DNA from: Nemertoderma westbladi
Taxonomy: Eukaryota; Animalia; Xenacoelomorpha
Direction: 5' to 3'
Length of the DNA: 34,588 bases
Assembly: GCA_032718475.1 (NCBI GenBank)
Contig: JAUCBJ010003268.1
Span: forward strand, 1 to 34,588
Position 1 is the first letter of the stretch, and every line of letters starts with the position of its first letter. Positions 1-12,273 of this stretch are shown piece after piece. Made by a program: the position numbers and the translations under genes. The notes beneath the pieces were generated by a model, which searched no databases, had not been told where the DNA came from, and saw nothing but the letters and a program-made list of their open reading frames with translations.

Positions 1-201
1 TAGAATAATGCCCACTATATTTTAAATTACAGATTATACCACAAAATTAAAATAATAAAATAGAATAAAATAGATCAGGCCCCAGACGACAGGTGTAGGC
101 CTTCTGTATGTTTAATAATTCACGACAATAGTCTAAATTACAAAACGTTATCAACCACCAGTAAACGAAACAATCACCAAAAGTACTGATGTCTGAAGGG
201 G

Positions 202-2606
202 ATAAGACGGTACATGCAGTAGTATGCCGGTACATGCAGTACAATGCCCATTGTGTCCATAAGCCGGTACATGCAGAAGGATGCCGCGTACTTGCAGTGC
301 GAGCCCCATTGTGTCCATAAGCCGGTACATGCAGTACGATCCCCATTGTGTCCATAATCCGGTACATGCAGTAGGATGCCGGTACATGCAGTACGATCCC
401 CATTGTGTCAATAAGCCGGTACATGCAGTAGGATGCCGGTACATGCAGTACGATCCCCATTGTGTCCATAACCCGGTACATGCCATAGGGGTGCCGGTAC
501 ATGCAGTACGATCCCCATTGTGTCCATAAGCCGGTACATGCAGTATGATGCCGGTACGTTCAGTACGATCCCCATTGTGTCCATAAGCCAGCACATGCAG
601 TACGACCCCCATTGTGTCCATAAGCCGGTACATGCAGTAGGATGGCGGTACATGCAGTACGATCCCCATTGTGTCCATAAGCCGGTACATGCAGTATGAT
701 GCCGGTACGTTCAGTACGATCCCCATTGTGTCCATAAGCCAGCACATGCAGTACGACCCCCATTGTGTCCATAAGACGGTACATGCAGTAGTATGCCGGT
801 ACATGCAGTACAATGCCCATTGTGTCCATAAGCCGGTACATGCAGTAGGATGCCGGTACATGCAGTGCGAGCCCCTATGTGTCCATAAGCCGGTACATGC
901 AGTACGATCCCCATTGTGTCCATAAGCCGGTACATGCAGTAGGATGGCGGTACATGCAGTACGATCCCCATTCTGTCCATAAGCCGGTACATGCAGTTGG
1001 ATGCCGGTACATGCAGTACGATCCCCATTGTGTCCATAAGCCAGCACATGCAGTACAATCCCCATTGTGTCCATAAGCCGGTACATGCAGTAGAAAGGCG
1101 GTACATGCAGTATGATCCCCATTCTATCCATAAGCCGGTACATGCAATACGATCCCCATTGTGTTAATAAGCCGGTACATGCAGTAGGATGCCGCCGGTA
1201 CATGCAGTACGATCCCCATTGTGTCCATAACCCGGTACATGCAGTAGGATGCTGGTACATGCAGTACGATCCCCATTGTGTCCATAAGCCAGCACATGCA
1301 GTACAATCCCCATTGTGTCCATAAGCCGGTACATGCAGTGCGAGCCCCATTGTGTCCATAAGCCGGTACATGCAGTAGGATGCCGCCGGTACATGCAGTA
1401 CGATCCCCATTGTGTCCATAACCCGGTACATGCAGTAGGATGCTGGTACATGCAGTACGATCCCCATTGTGTCCATAAGCCAGCACATGCAGTACAATCC
1501 CCATTGTGTCCATAAGCCGGTACATGCAGTACGACCCCCATTGTGTCCATAAGCCGGTACATGCAGTAGGATGCCGGTACATGCAGTACGATCCCCATTG
1601 TGTCCATAAGCCAGCACATGCAGTACAATCCCCATTGTGTCCATAAGCCGGTACATGCAGTGCGAGCCCCATTGTGTCCATAAACCGGTACATGCAGTAG
1701 AATGGCGGTACATGCAGTATGATCCCCATTCTATCCATAAGCCGGAACATGCAGTACGATCCCCATTGTGTCAATAAGCCGGTACATGCAGTAGGATGCC
1801 GCCGGTACATGCAATACGACCCCCATTGTGTCCATAAGCCGGTACATGCAGTAGTATGCCGGTACATGCAGTACGATCCCCATTGTGTCCATAATCCGGT
1901 ACATGCTGTAAGGATGCCGGTACATGCAGTGCGATCCCCATTATGTCCATAAGCCGGTACATGCAGTACGATCCCCATTGTGTCCATAAGCCGGTACATG
2001 CAGTACGACCCCCATTGTGTCCATATGCCGGTACATGCAGTAGGATGGCGGTACATGCAGTAGGATGCCGGTACATGCAGTACGATCCCCATTGTGTCCA
2101 TAATCCGGTACATGCTGTAAGGATGCCGGTACATGCAGTGCGATCCCCATTATGTCCATAAGCCGGTACATGCAGTACGATCCCCATTGTGTCCATAAGC
2201 CGGTACATGCAGTACGATCCCCATTGTGTCCATAAGCCGGTACATGCAGTACGACCCCCATTGGGTCCATAAGCCGGTACATGCAGTACGATCCCCATTA
2301 TGTCCATAAGCCGGTACATGCAGTACGATCCCCATTATGTCCATAAGCCGGTAAATGCAGTACGATCCCCATTGTGTCCATAAACCGGTACATGCAGTAG
2401 GATGCCGGTACATGCAGTACGACCCCCATTGGGTCCATAAGCCGGTACATGCAGTACGATCCCCATTATGTCCATAAGCCGGTACATGCAGTACGATCCC
2501 CATTATGTCCATAAGCCGGTAAATGCAGTACGATCCCCATTGTGTCCATAAACCGGTACATGCAGTAGGATGCCGGTACATGCAGTACGATCCCCATTGT
2601 GTCCAT
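202..2606. repeat. Composite minisatellite of two modules sharing a head: 37-bp GGTACATGCAGTACGATCCCCATTGTGTCCATAAGCC and 20-bp GGTACATGCAGTAGGATGCC
   Basis: Both units are read directly and repeat in irregular order over about 2.4 kb. The many overlapping repetitive ORFs on both strands are by-products of the repeat. Confidence 0.97.
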
Positions 2607-4920
2607 GTTTGGAACAAATACTACGCGAGGACCATCCCAGGTGTATCAGTTTATTTTTTTATTTGATACGTTTGTGTATTTTGTATATTATAATTATTTA
2701 ATTATTATGTAATATTACTTTAGTAATCACTTACAATAATCAATTGGCCTAACTGATAACAAAGAACTTATTAACATTGCAGTTATTTGTTACGTCGCTG
2801 TTTTGCCTATTTTGTCCTCTTTTTTACACTTTTTACCATTTTGGTTTCGAAATTAACTTTATGTCCCTTTGTATTGTTCTTTTTGTCCTCTTTTTTTTCG
2901 ACATTCAGCTGTACTGCAACTACATTCAGAATGAAATAAGTAGAGATTTAAACGTCCAATATTAAATTTTGATTAAATAAAACTTGTTTGTGTATTTTGT
3001 TTTTTTTCTGTGTATTTCTTTATTGTCTTTATCGGGTTATTTTTGCGTATTAATTATTTTTGCGTATTAATTATTTTTATTAATCCAGGGACCACGCTCA
3101 TTAACTCATGGAACACCCTCTTTAACGCTGGGTCCACCTTCATCAACTAAACGAGGGTGGAATTAAAATAATAAAATATTTAATTAATTAAATTAATAAA
3201 TAATTAATAAAATAATTATAAAATACTAATAAAAATTTCTTTATATTGCGGTTTTCTAAGTTGAATCGATTGAAATTGGTTTTAAATCACCTGCTGTATC
3301 GATTTACACGAATAGACAGGCGCAACAAGAGTATTTGGAACATTACACCCATGTATATTGTATACTTATACATGTACAAGTACACACAAAACTAACTGGC
3401 TTTAACATAATCGATATAGACATTTTATTATTTACCATCCGCAACATGTACTAATAATGATTCTAGTAATACCCGAATATTCTAGAACAATCCACATGGC
3501 CAACCCAGTCGGCAGTTTACATAATGAGAAAAAAGGGCTAATAAAATATATCGATATTTATCATTATAGCTAAAAATATCGGGATGATAGTTATATTTCA
3601 CTTTGCATTTCAGCGCCATGTGAAGAATAACAGGTTTTCTCTAAAAACCTAGGTTACTGAAAGGCTGAATATAACTAAAACAATAAACGAATTATTATCT
3701 GTACTGGTTATATAATTGAAATAAGATAATAATAATAGATAAAATATTAAAAAAAAATAAAAGATAAAATAATAATTGATAATAATAATAATAATTTAAA
3801 AAGATTACAAATACTTCATAAAATTACAATATAAATTCAACCTAAAGGTGAAAACCTGGTATTATGCTTTAAAATAGGCTAACTTGGCTTGGGATCTCAG
3901 TTAGCTAAGGATCGAAGTTCGCGTATAATCATAATAAAAGTTTGCTTAGAATATGAGTTAGCCACTGGTTTCGTTTGCCACTCGTTTCTCTGCTGTTTCC
4001 CCATCGTATCAAATGCAAAACAAGATACAGCCGGAATCGATCTCGACACAAAGTTAATACGAAATATACAGTGATATAACAGTTCCACTACCGGTAATCG
4101 GCAAATATGTAAACATTGACACAATGAGGAACTGAGGAACGTTCTGCATCCAACGTCTCCTCTCAAGGGGAGCCGACCAGACAGATAGACCTACTTATAT
4201 TTCATAACCATATACATTTTAATTAGGTGATAATTAATTATCAGCTGATATTTGCGTCGACTTTCCCCCGGAGAAGGATACATTTTAAATGCATATTAAA
4301 CTTATTAAACTGACAATATGAAGCAATTCGTTTAAAAAGACAAGATGACTGTTTGGTGATTGTTTCTGGTGGTGATTCAGTGTTGTACTAGAAATAAGTA
4401 TTATGCTATGCAGAGTAACAACAGGGTAACATCGTACTATATAATGAAATAGTAACCATAAATTTATTAATAATTAATAAAAACGGTTTGAAGGCTTTAT
4501 GATATGGATAATATATATTTATGCTACAATAAGAAATAAAAACTTGTCTATGGTCGGGATTTTAAGTACCTAAAATAATGCTTATTATTGCGCGCTTAAG
4601 AATGTCTAAATTTGGCGAGAAAAATAGCACTTTTCACATTTCCTTCTTCTATAGAGGGCACAAGAAAAAATATTTGAAGAAAAATGCACGTCTATAAATA
4701 AGATAATAAATTGGGGGGTAAGTTATTGACTATAAGGATGGAGAAGCTGTAGTATTAGTAAAAAGTCTGCCGCTGTCATTGTATAATGATTGGCGCTATT
4801 GGAATCATTATAAGCTATACAGGGAAGGGCCTTCACGGATGACGCAAAGCAAGTAATACAGTATGTTGTGCTGCGCATTGGCACCATGATCGTGGTATAC
4901 AATCTATTGATCTCAAGGTA

Positions 4921-5083
4921 CATATTATTATAACATTCGCGGCAGAGCTTAGCAAAGTCGGCAATGATGTCCAGGTGGGATGCATTACGTGGATGGTTAG
5001 AACGTCAGTTGGAGGTCACCAGTTCGATCCCACCTCATTGCCGACATCGCTACTCTGTGCCCAAAGAAAGTTATAATATTATG
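4921..5083 (+). mobile_element. tRNA-like (Pol III box-containing) core enclosed in an imperfect inverted repeat of about 47 bp; SINE- or retrozyme-like hairpin element
   Basis: Arm 4921-4967 (CATATTATTATAAC...GTCGGCAATGA) is complementary to arm 5035-5083 (TCATTGCCGAC...GTTATAATATTATG). There is an inner AGGTGGGAT/ATCCCACCT stem, a D-loop-like TGGTTAGAACG and a B-box-like GTTCGATCC. Confidence 0.5.
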
Positions 5084-5348
5084 AAACTAGTAGTCATTCA
5101 CCCAAATAGCAATAATATAAGGGTACATTCGGCTAGTTGAACTCCCACAGTTGTAAAAATGTATAGTGTGATGATGTTATTTACGCCACATAGCTGTAAG
5201 TACGGGATGTATAGGGTATTGCACAATCTATCCGGCATATGGCATCACCGGCTATATTATTGCTTAGTTCCGTCCCCAATATTAATCTATCAAATAGTAA
5301 TGGTAGGCCTACTATATAAAGGCAGAAATCAGTCTTTGGTATCTTCAT

Positions 5349-5386
5349 TTACGTGATAGATGTCTCTTGTTCGCGGTCAACCATTT
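5349..5386 (-). CDS. Possible short alternative terminal exon of the Kv3/Shaw gene (EMVDREQETSIT-stop)
   Basis: Good acceptor tctctttacag at 5387. In frame (phase 1) if the GTTAGT at 5686 overlapping the ...TNG-stop is used as a donor. No homology support. Confidence 0.3.
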
Positions 5387-5681
5387 CTGTAAAGAGATTA
5401 ATCATTTTTTATGACTCATTCCGGGGAAAAATATTTTGGAATATTTCAGTGAACAGGAGTACTATTATTAAGTATACTACACATAATGGCCAAATCAATG
5501 TATGCCACAGTGATAAAACCAAGATTCACCCTGCAGTAATACATCTTAAGAGTTTCTCTGCATTGCATTCAGTTTAAGTATACCTAAATACACGCCTATA
5601 GAGGAGTTTTGTAAACTCAGAAATGAACTCGTAACAAAATTGGATAGCAGGCCCTGACCTACAGTATTTGTGTGTAATCGA

Positions 5682-6538
5682 CTAACCATTTGTTGCATGG
5701 AACTGAATCTCTGGATTTGTCTGTTGTCTACGCAACCGCCTCAGTAACGATGACCCCAAATGAGGTTCATTGCCGTTATGTTTCTTATACTTGCGACTCC
5801 CGACCCCAAATCTATCTCCCGTGTGTTCCGCGCTGCTGGCCCTACTCAAAGGCCCCTGCATAGCGCACAGGTCGAATGTGGGAAAGGTGAGTCTACGGGA
5901 AGAGGCGTCGTCCTTTCTGTCTTGGGGCGAGTATTCCATAGGCGAGTTTGAGTCGCCATAGGCACAAAACGGGTCTGCCGGGTCCTCGCCTGTCATTAAA
6001 GTTGCGTCCAGACTGTTGTCCCTAATGAGCTCATCGTCAGCCGCTCTCTGGGCGATGCCCCTCAACAACGCCTCCTCCACGGCGCTCTGCGCGGCGAGGT
6101 TCCGGACATCGCCGTGCCGTCGAGACTTTCCACGACGCGGTTTACTCTGCCGGGGGGACTGGTCGAGGAGTTCCTCCGGAAGTGTTTGTCCGCGCTCGAG
6201 GATTCCCCTAGCGGGGTAGGAAGAAGGTCGGACGGGAGACGGAGAATAGGCAGGGGGTTCGAGGTCGGTGGATCGGTGTCTCCTGGAACCGACGCTGAAG
6301 GTTCCTCGTCGCCCACCTAGTACCGGTTGGCTGCTGCTGTTAGTGGCTAGTTGAGGAATTGGCGTAGTCGACACGTCCAGGAGAGGGACTCGGGAATCTC
6401 CTAAACTACTCTGATTTGGCGACGATACTACGTTTATCTCTTCGGATGGAAGTTCTGGTACTCCCAAGTCGCAACTATGTTTTTTATTAAATGATATTAT
6501 AGAAGGGGAGTGACCCGACTTAGATGACGATCGACCAA
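5682..6538 (-). CDS. Kv3/Shaw K+ channel, large C-terminal exon (Ser/Pro/Arg-rich, probably disordered tail)
   Basis: GC-rich ORF in AT-rich DNA. Acceptor ttgtttgtag at 6539, phase 1 matching the upstream exons (G|TT GGT CGA = VGR). TAG at 5682-5684, or a donor at 5686. Confidence 0.75.
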
Positions 6539-8335
6539 CTACAAACAATAAAATGGACAATTAATAACTACATAATGATATATTATTTTTTGCTACATGT
6601 ATTGCTAAAAACTTTAAAAGTCCTCCACGTCTCTGTACTTCACACTTAGAACATTCAATTGGTTAAATACTGTAGTATAGTTAATAAATTGTAATAGTAA
6701 ACAACAAAAATTCGTTGGCTCACCATCACAACACACCATCACACCTCTATTGTCGGCACTCATCCTATCAGTCACTTAAATCCGCTATTTCGACCGTGTC
6801 ATATTTTATGAACAAAAAACATATGTTTTTCTAGTCACTCTCTCTATTCAGGGCGCCTTCTACAGTGAACCAATTCATGATTCGATTCGATTCGATCAGA
6901 TATTTTATTGTCACATCTTTCTTACTTACACTACTGTACAATTTCGGAATATAAAAGGTTACATTTTTTTATTACTCCACTAAATTTCTCCAAATGACAA
7001 TGTTTATGACACATTTAAGAGATATGAAAACTCTCGTTCGTTTATCATACAAAATATACAATTTAATTATATAATTGGTAAATCACAAATGATGCTCACG
7101 AACATTATGGGGAATAATATAAGTACATAAACCTAAATATACAAAAAAATGAAAATAATATAAATTTAGTTTTCAAACAATTGAGTTAATTAAAAATAGA
7201 TGTACATATTCGTGCAACGATGATGAACATGTAAACAGCACATGCAATGATAAAGGCCAGTACATAACGTAGGCCTAATACTATTTCAAGATGATTATTC
7301 AATTCAAGGCACCTACATTGTAATTTCTGCTGTGGATAGTACTGTACTTTAGGTAGATTTACTGTCATTTCCATAGAAAATCTATTCCGTAAATTATGTA
7401 CTGCTGTGTTTATAAAGATCAATTAAAGAATCATAAAGCCTTTGAATTCAAAACCATCTTCCAGCTCAAAAAGATATTTACACTAAGGTCTCGGAGACAT
7501 AGGCCTATCCCAAAATAATTTAGAACAGTATGAAAATTATCAGGTGCTTGTACAGTACAATTCATGTACGTATTGTAAATTCTTTAACAATTCAAATTCC
7601 TGCACGCATAAGCCCTCTGGTAAATTTATGCAATATTGTAATTAATGTATCTTGGACATTTATCAACTTTTACAAGCATACTGATACTTATAAGCGTATG
7701 ACCAATTGTTGTTAAAGTATTTTTCCAAGCATATTCATTATTTGAAACTTAAGCATCTTGGATGTTGAAACACTTTTACAACCACGATCATGCTTCCAAT
7801 GGTTGCTCACACCAAGAATTTTGAATATAGGAAACATTACATAAGTTGTAATCAAAACTATAACGGAATGCATCTTGTATAATAAAGGTTACTCCATACG
7901 GGGTTGTAAAGCTTCTTTTTTAACATCTCAATTTCTCAATATATTCATTAATAATATTACAGTACCTACAGTATATTGTTAAACCATCAATCCTTCAATT
8001 CAGTATACTACAGTAATATTATTTGCAAGGAGTCTTATTGCCAACGGAATTCAACAAGGACAATAAATTAGTTAGGTGAATTTAAAAACAATCTGTGTGA
8101 GTTGTGTTAGTTATTATTAGTGCTGATTGTTAATCAAAAAAGAAAAATATATCCCACATTGAGACAAAACCAGTCATTTTGTTAGTATAAAGGTGATTTT
8201 AAATGTGTGTTAGTAAAAACGCCAATCGTCGAAACGTCAAAAAACAGAATAAGTTATCATTATGCCATTTAGACGCAGACCATTAACCACCGTGGATATG
8301 CAGCAAATACATAAACAGACCGTTGGGAGGCGTAC

Positions 8336-8425
8336 CTTCAGACGACCCCCCGGAATCATTATCCTCTTCATTTTCTCCTCTAAAGTCGCGGAGAGTATTT
8401 CCCTCGGCAACCAAAATAACACCTC
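8336..8425 (-). CDS. Kv3/Shaw K+ channel, 90-nt symmetric (phase 1-1) C-terminal exon (GGVILVAEGNTLRDFRGENEEDNDSGGSSE)
   Basis: Acceptor ttgttatgtag and donor AAG|gtacgc. Open in the frame required by both neighbouring exons. Confidence 0.6.
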
Positions 8426-9302
8426 CTACATAACAATATGAAAGTGAAGGTGTGGGCGGACTCAGCTATTGAGAGTGACACTATATGGCAGCGTGTGTGT
8501 GTTTGGAACATAAATCAAATTTACAAAAGATAGTTAATTAGCAAATTACAGAGGGCACCCCATACCTCACATAACGCAACTAGCGCCCCATACCTCACAA
8601 AACAGAAATATGCTTAAGTAGTAAGATGGTGTGTTTTTTATACGTAGAGCCTAATTCGTGCGCTGTACTATAAGAATTGAGAAAAAGAGTTGCTACTGTA
8701 GTTTAGTAAGTAAGATACAGGATGCAGGATGAGTCTTGTTAGTGTATGTGGATATACAATGTACTGTATGTGTTTTACTTGAAATCATTTAATAACAGGG
8801 AGAAGAGTCTACATTCATTGTGACAAGTACAATATAATTATAATAATGATAAAATAACACAGGCCTACAGTTGTATGGATTGAATATAGATGCCGATAGC
8901 GAAAACAAAGTCGAATAACAATAACATATAGTTTAGGATAATGAGAAAAACACAAACCACGCATATGAAAACTACAGTGGATTATTAGGAAAATTTTCAG
9001 ATAATTAAAATGACATTTTTTGGCAGCTATAGTATTTTCTGCTTCAATATCAACACAAACCTTTGGGCTGTTCTGTGTTATTTCTCAAATCTCTAACTGT
9101 AACAAGAAAATTCAATTAAATTCCTAATCAGAACACTTGGGTACCGGTACAAGAAGTGTAAAATAAAAAAAGTGGTGAAGTGTTTTGCACAATGTACGGC
9201 ACAGTGCACATAATTTTATAGCTAATCTAAACACTCAATCTATAGTGTGTGCATTGTTTGCTGAAGTACCTACTGTAGAACCTGCAATAATTATAAGCAT
9301 AA

Positions 9303-9474
9303 GCAGACGTAAGCAGAGAAGTAGAATCTACAGAACATTATTCTTATAACTTAATTCTACTTTATAAAACTAGAATCTACTTTTATAAATGAAGATTCTA
9401 GAAAAAGTAGATTCTAATTTTAAAATAAAATTAGAGTTTTATAAAGTCGAATATATTTCTCCGCATACGGGTGC
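9303..9474. mobile_element. Small foldback/MITE-like element with internal TAGAATCTACTTT-type repeats in both orientations
   Basis: Imperfect terminal inverted repeats (GCAGACGTAAGCAGAGAA versus TTCTCCGCATACGGGTGC) and inverted internal subrepeats. Confidence 0.45.
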
Positions 9475-10699
9475 AGATAACATTCCTCGGTGCATCAGTG
9501 CATTGCCAATACCAGTGAAATAATTTCCATAGGATACATTTAGGTTACGAAATGAGTGCAATGTTTATCAGGCTTTTAACATTTAGAACTAATATAAACA
9601 CTCCAATATATGACGTTTTTGTCTAGGGAGATTGTCCTACCAAATTAAATTTGAAATGTTTTAAAGACAAAGGCCTGAACGAGTGTTAAAATCAATCAAA
9701 ATAATCGGTTTAATAAGGTTGAAAATAAGGTTTCTTGGGGGGGGGGGGGGGGGGGGGGTCACGTTGATCCTAGGCCTACATTAAGACGCATTGAACCTAT
9801 ACTATTGACTATATCAAACTAAGTTCAAGATACCTTCGTATTCATTTATAACTTGTATACTGTAGTAAGTACAGTTAGTACTTGCCTACAAGTATTCAGC
9901 AACAGAATGAGATTCTTGCGTAAATTCTACAGACAGGTGCCAAACGGACAGCAGACATACTGACAGAGAAACGCCATTTTGTAGCGACTAATTATAATCG
10001 CATGCTAAGGCTGCGTGGTCTAGGTGCCCCGCATTGCAATCATTCAGCCGTATCGTTTGTACTAAATTAAAAGCACTCCAATTGCAGATTGGCTGGCTAT
10101 ATTATCCAATCATTTTGCGGGCTTACCTCTCCTAGTTGAGCCACTAATTTCCCCTACAATACAGATAAATGGAAAATACATAACAATAAACACTTAATCA
10201 CATTATTATTATCTGTACTTTTCAAAACCAACGCGAAGACAATTGTAAACAACTACTTTGTGTATTTTGACAAACTGAATAATAGTGGTAAAGAGGTCGA
10301 ATAAGCTGTTGGGTTTTCTTCAGTATTCCAAACATTCTTGAATTATTGTTACTCCCCCGTCTCTGAGATCAGTTCCTTTACTAATCCGCAAAAATAGTAA
10401 CACAAGCAAATATATAAAAGCGAATTTAAGCGCCTAGTGTACCAGAGATAAAATCTCCTTTGGTAGACGGCCCTAATACTGTAGTTAACATTAATAGAAA
10501 ACAAATTTCAAAACGCACTGAAATATTTGAAAAATATGTTTGCATGTAAAATTTAATAATATGTAATTTAAAACATGAAAAATAGCTTATACGCAGTAAA
10601 CGCTACGCCGACAACCGACAGCAGACAGACTAGTCATAATACTGTATGTACCTGGCAACGTTAATTTAATACTGTATAAACTACAGTAATTAGTTGTGA

Positions 10700-11157
10700 C
10701 AGGACAATTTTTCCCCAGCTCAATTGTCCCAAAACGACAATTGCCCCGGGGACAATTGCCCCGGGCCCTTGACAACCACTTCCCAACTTTTCCTCTTTCT
10801 GTGTGAGTCAAAATGTCCTACAATTTTTCTTGAACAATTGCTTGATCTTATGCTACAGTAGCTAACGCTTTATAATATAACATAGTTATTTCCTGGGCTT
10901 GAGTACTTTCGATATAGAATATCAGAATTATTAAGCAAATAAATATAAAAATATCAAAAACATGAAACGATCTTGCTCTGTAAAATTTGATTTTGTGACA
11001 AGCTAGAAACTTGACGTTAGGAACGATCTAATTTGACTTGTAGTTTTCCTCTGGGGAAATTGTCCGGAGGTTAAATGTCTTTGGAGGAAATTTCCTGGGG
11101 GCAATTGGGCAATCATCCGATGGGTCATTGCCCTAGAGGGCAATTGTTCTAGTTCCA
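10700..11157. mobile_element. Non-autonomous DNA element with inverted subterminal arrays (GACAATTGCCCC / GGGGCAATTG)
   Basis: Several GACAATTGCCCCGG-like units at the left end and degenerate reverse-complement units at the right end. No clear target-site duplication (TSD). Confidence 0.5.
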
Positions 11158-11861
11158 AATCAATTATTAATGACCACTGCAATTGCAATTGTACAACATG
11201 TTTGACCTAGGCGTGAGTGAGCCTGAGTGAGCCTGAGCAGTGAGCAGTGAGCAGTGAGCACTCCCCAGAGCATAATTGCTTTGCTGACTGCTAAATTTTA
11301 TTCCCTGTTTAAAATAATATGTGAATTAATTACGCAATTTCTAGTGTTGATTTATAATAGATATATGTATCATATAATTTTAATATAATAATATAACATA
11401 ATAAACTTTATTTTCTGCCAATACCAATAATAGTTAACAATAAATATTGCAAACGTTGTTCTATATTTGTTATATATTGTTCTAAATTCTATATTTGGTT
11501 GACAACAATTTGTTGGGTTTTTTGCAAATGAAATAAAAATAATATTAAAATTAAATTTTAATAAATGTAATTTGGTTTTGACCCTTTGCCTTAGTTCAAC
11601 ATTAATTCAGTTCCTTTCCTGTTACAAAAAGATATGTATACTGTATACGTTAAAATTGATTTTAAACTTTCGAAGGTGATTTATGAGTTAACCGTGATTA
11701 TTGATTAAATTTCTGAAATAGTAAAACGCAGTGAGTTATTTATCTTATGAATTTTGTTAAATATTATTCAACTAACAAACTTTACATATTTGTAATTTCC
11801 TATTTATTTTACATAAATCTTACTAAGATTTTTTAAATGATAAACAGATAGTGATACGTAC

Positions 11862-12012
11862 CTCGTCTCACCCTAATAGCGTTCTCTCGCCCTAGTGGTG
11901 TGCGAGCCCTACCGAGTGTACCCCAGTTGACTACAGGACGGTTTCTAGCCTTATTGGGATCCTGTCTCGCAACTTGCGCTACTGGTAATACCCGTCGTCT
12001 GCGTTTAGGAAG
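11862..12012 (-). CDS. Kv3/Shaw K+ channel, post-S6 exon (LPKRRRRVLPVAQV...)
   Basis: Acceptor ttttattcgtag, donor GAG|gtacgt, 151 nt (phase 0 to 1). Joins the S6 exon to give K|LPKRRRRVLPV, the characteristic Shaw proximal C-terminal motif (KLPKKRRRVLPV). Confidence 0.92.
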
Positions 12013-12273
12013 CTACGAATAAAAAAATAAGGGTGAAATATAGTGAAATATATAAAATAATTATTTCAAGCACGGTACAGGTACTGTACCGTAGGCATAT
12101 TGCTAACAATTATTGTGAATTTACATAGCTCTTACAGTATCAAACTATGAAAGGTTAAGGGTTTGCATTGTAAATGAAGTCACACAATCAAACTCTAATT
12201 GTACAGGCGGTGTAACATAATGTGCTGTACAAAATCTAATTGTACACTATACTTACTGTGCTTAGGGAATCCA

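Noticed and set aside
47-2617. Long ORFs (up to 520 aa) on both strands, and a CRISPR-like look
   Set aside because: They are translations of a minisatellite that cycles through frames. The spacers are not unique, there are no cas genes and the context is eukaryotic.
3088-3165. GC-rich double hairpin followed by an A-rich tract (possible HDV-like ribozyme)
   Set aside because: I could not build the nested double pseudoknot. It is more likely a retroelement 3' remnant or chance.
9736-9758. Long poly-G/poly-C runs (also near 25273 and 31485)
   Set aside because: These are homopolymers mostly tied to transposon ends, their lengths are unreliable in assemblies, and there is no evidence of function.
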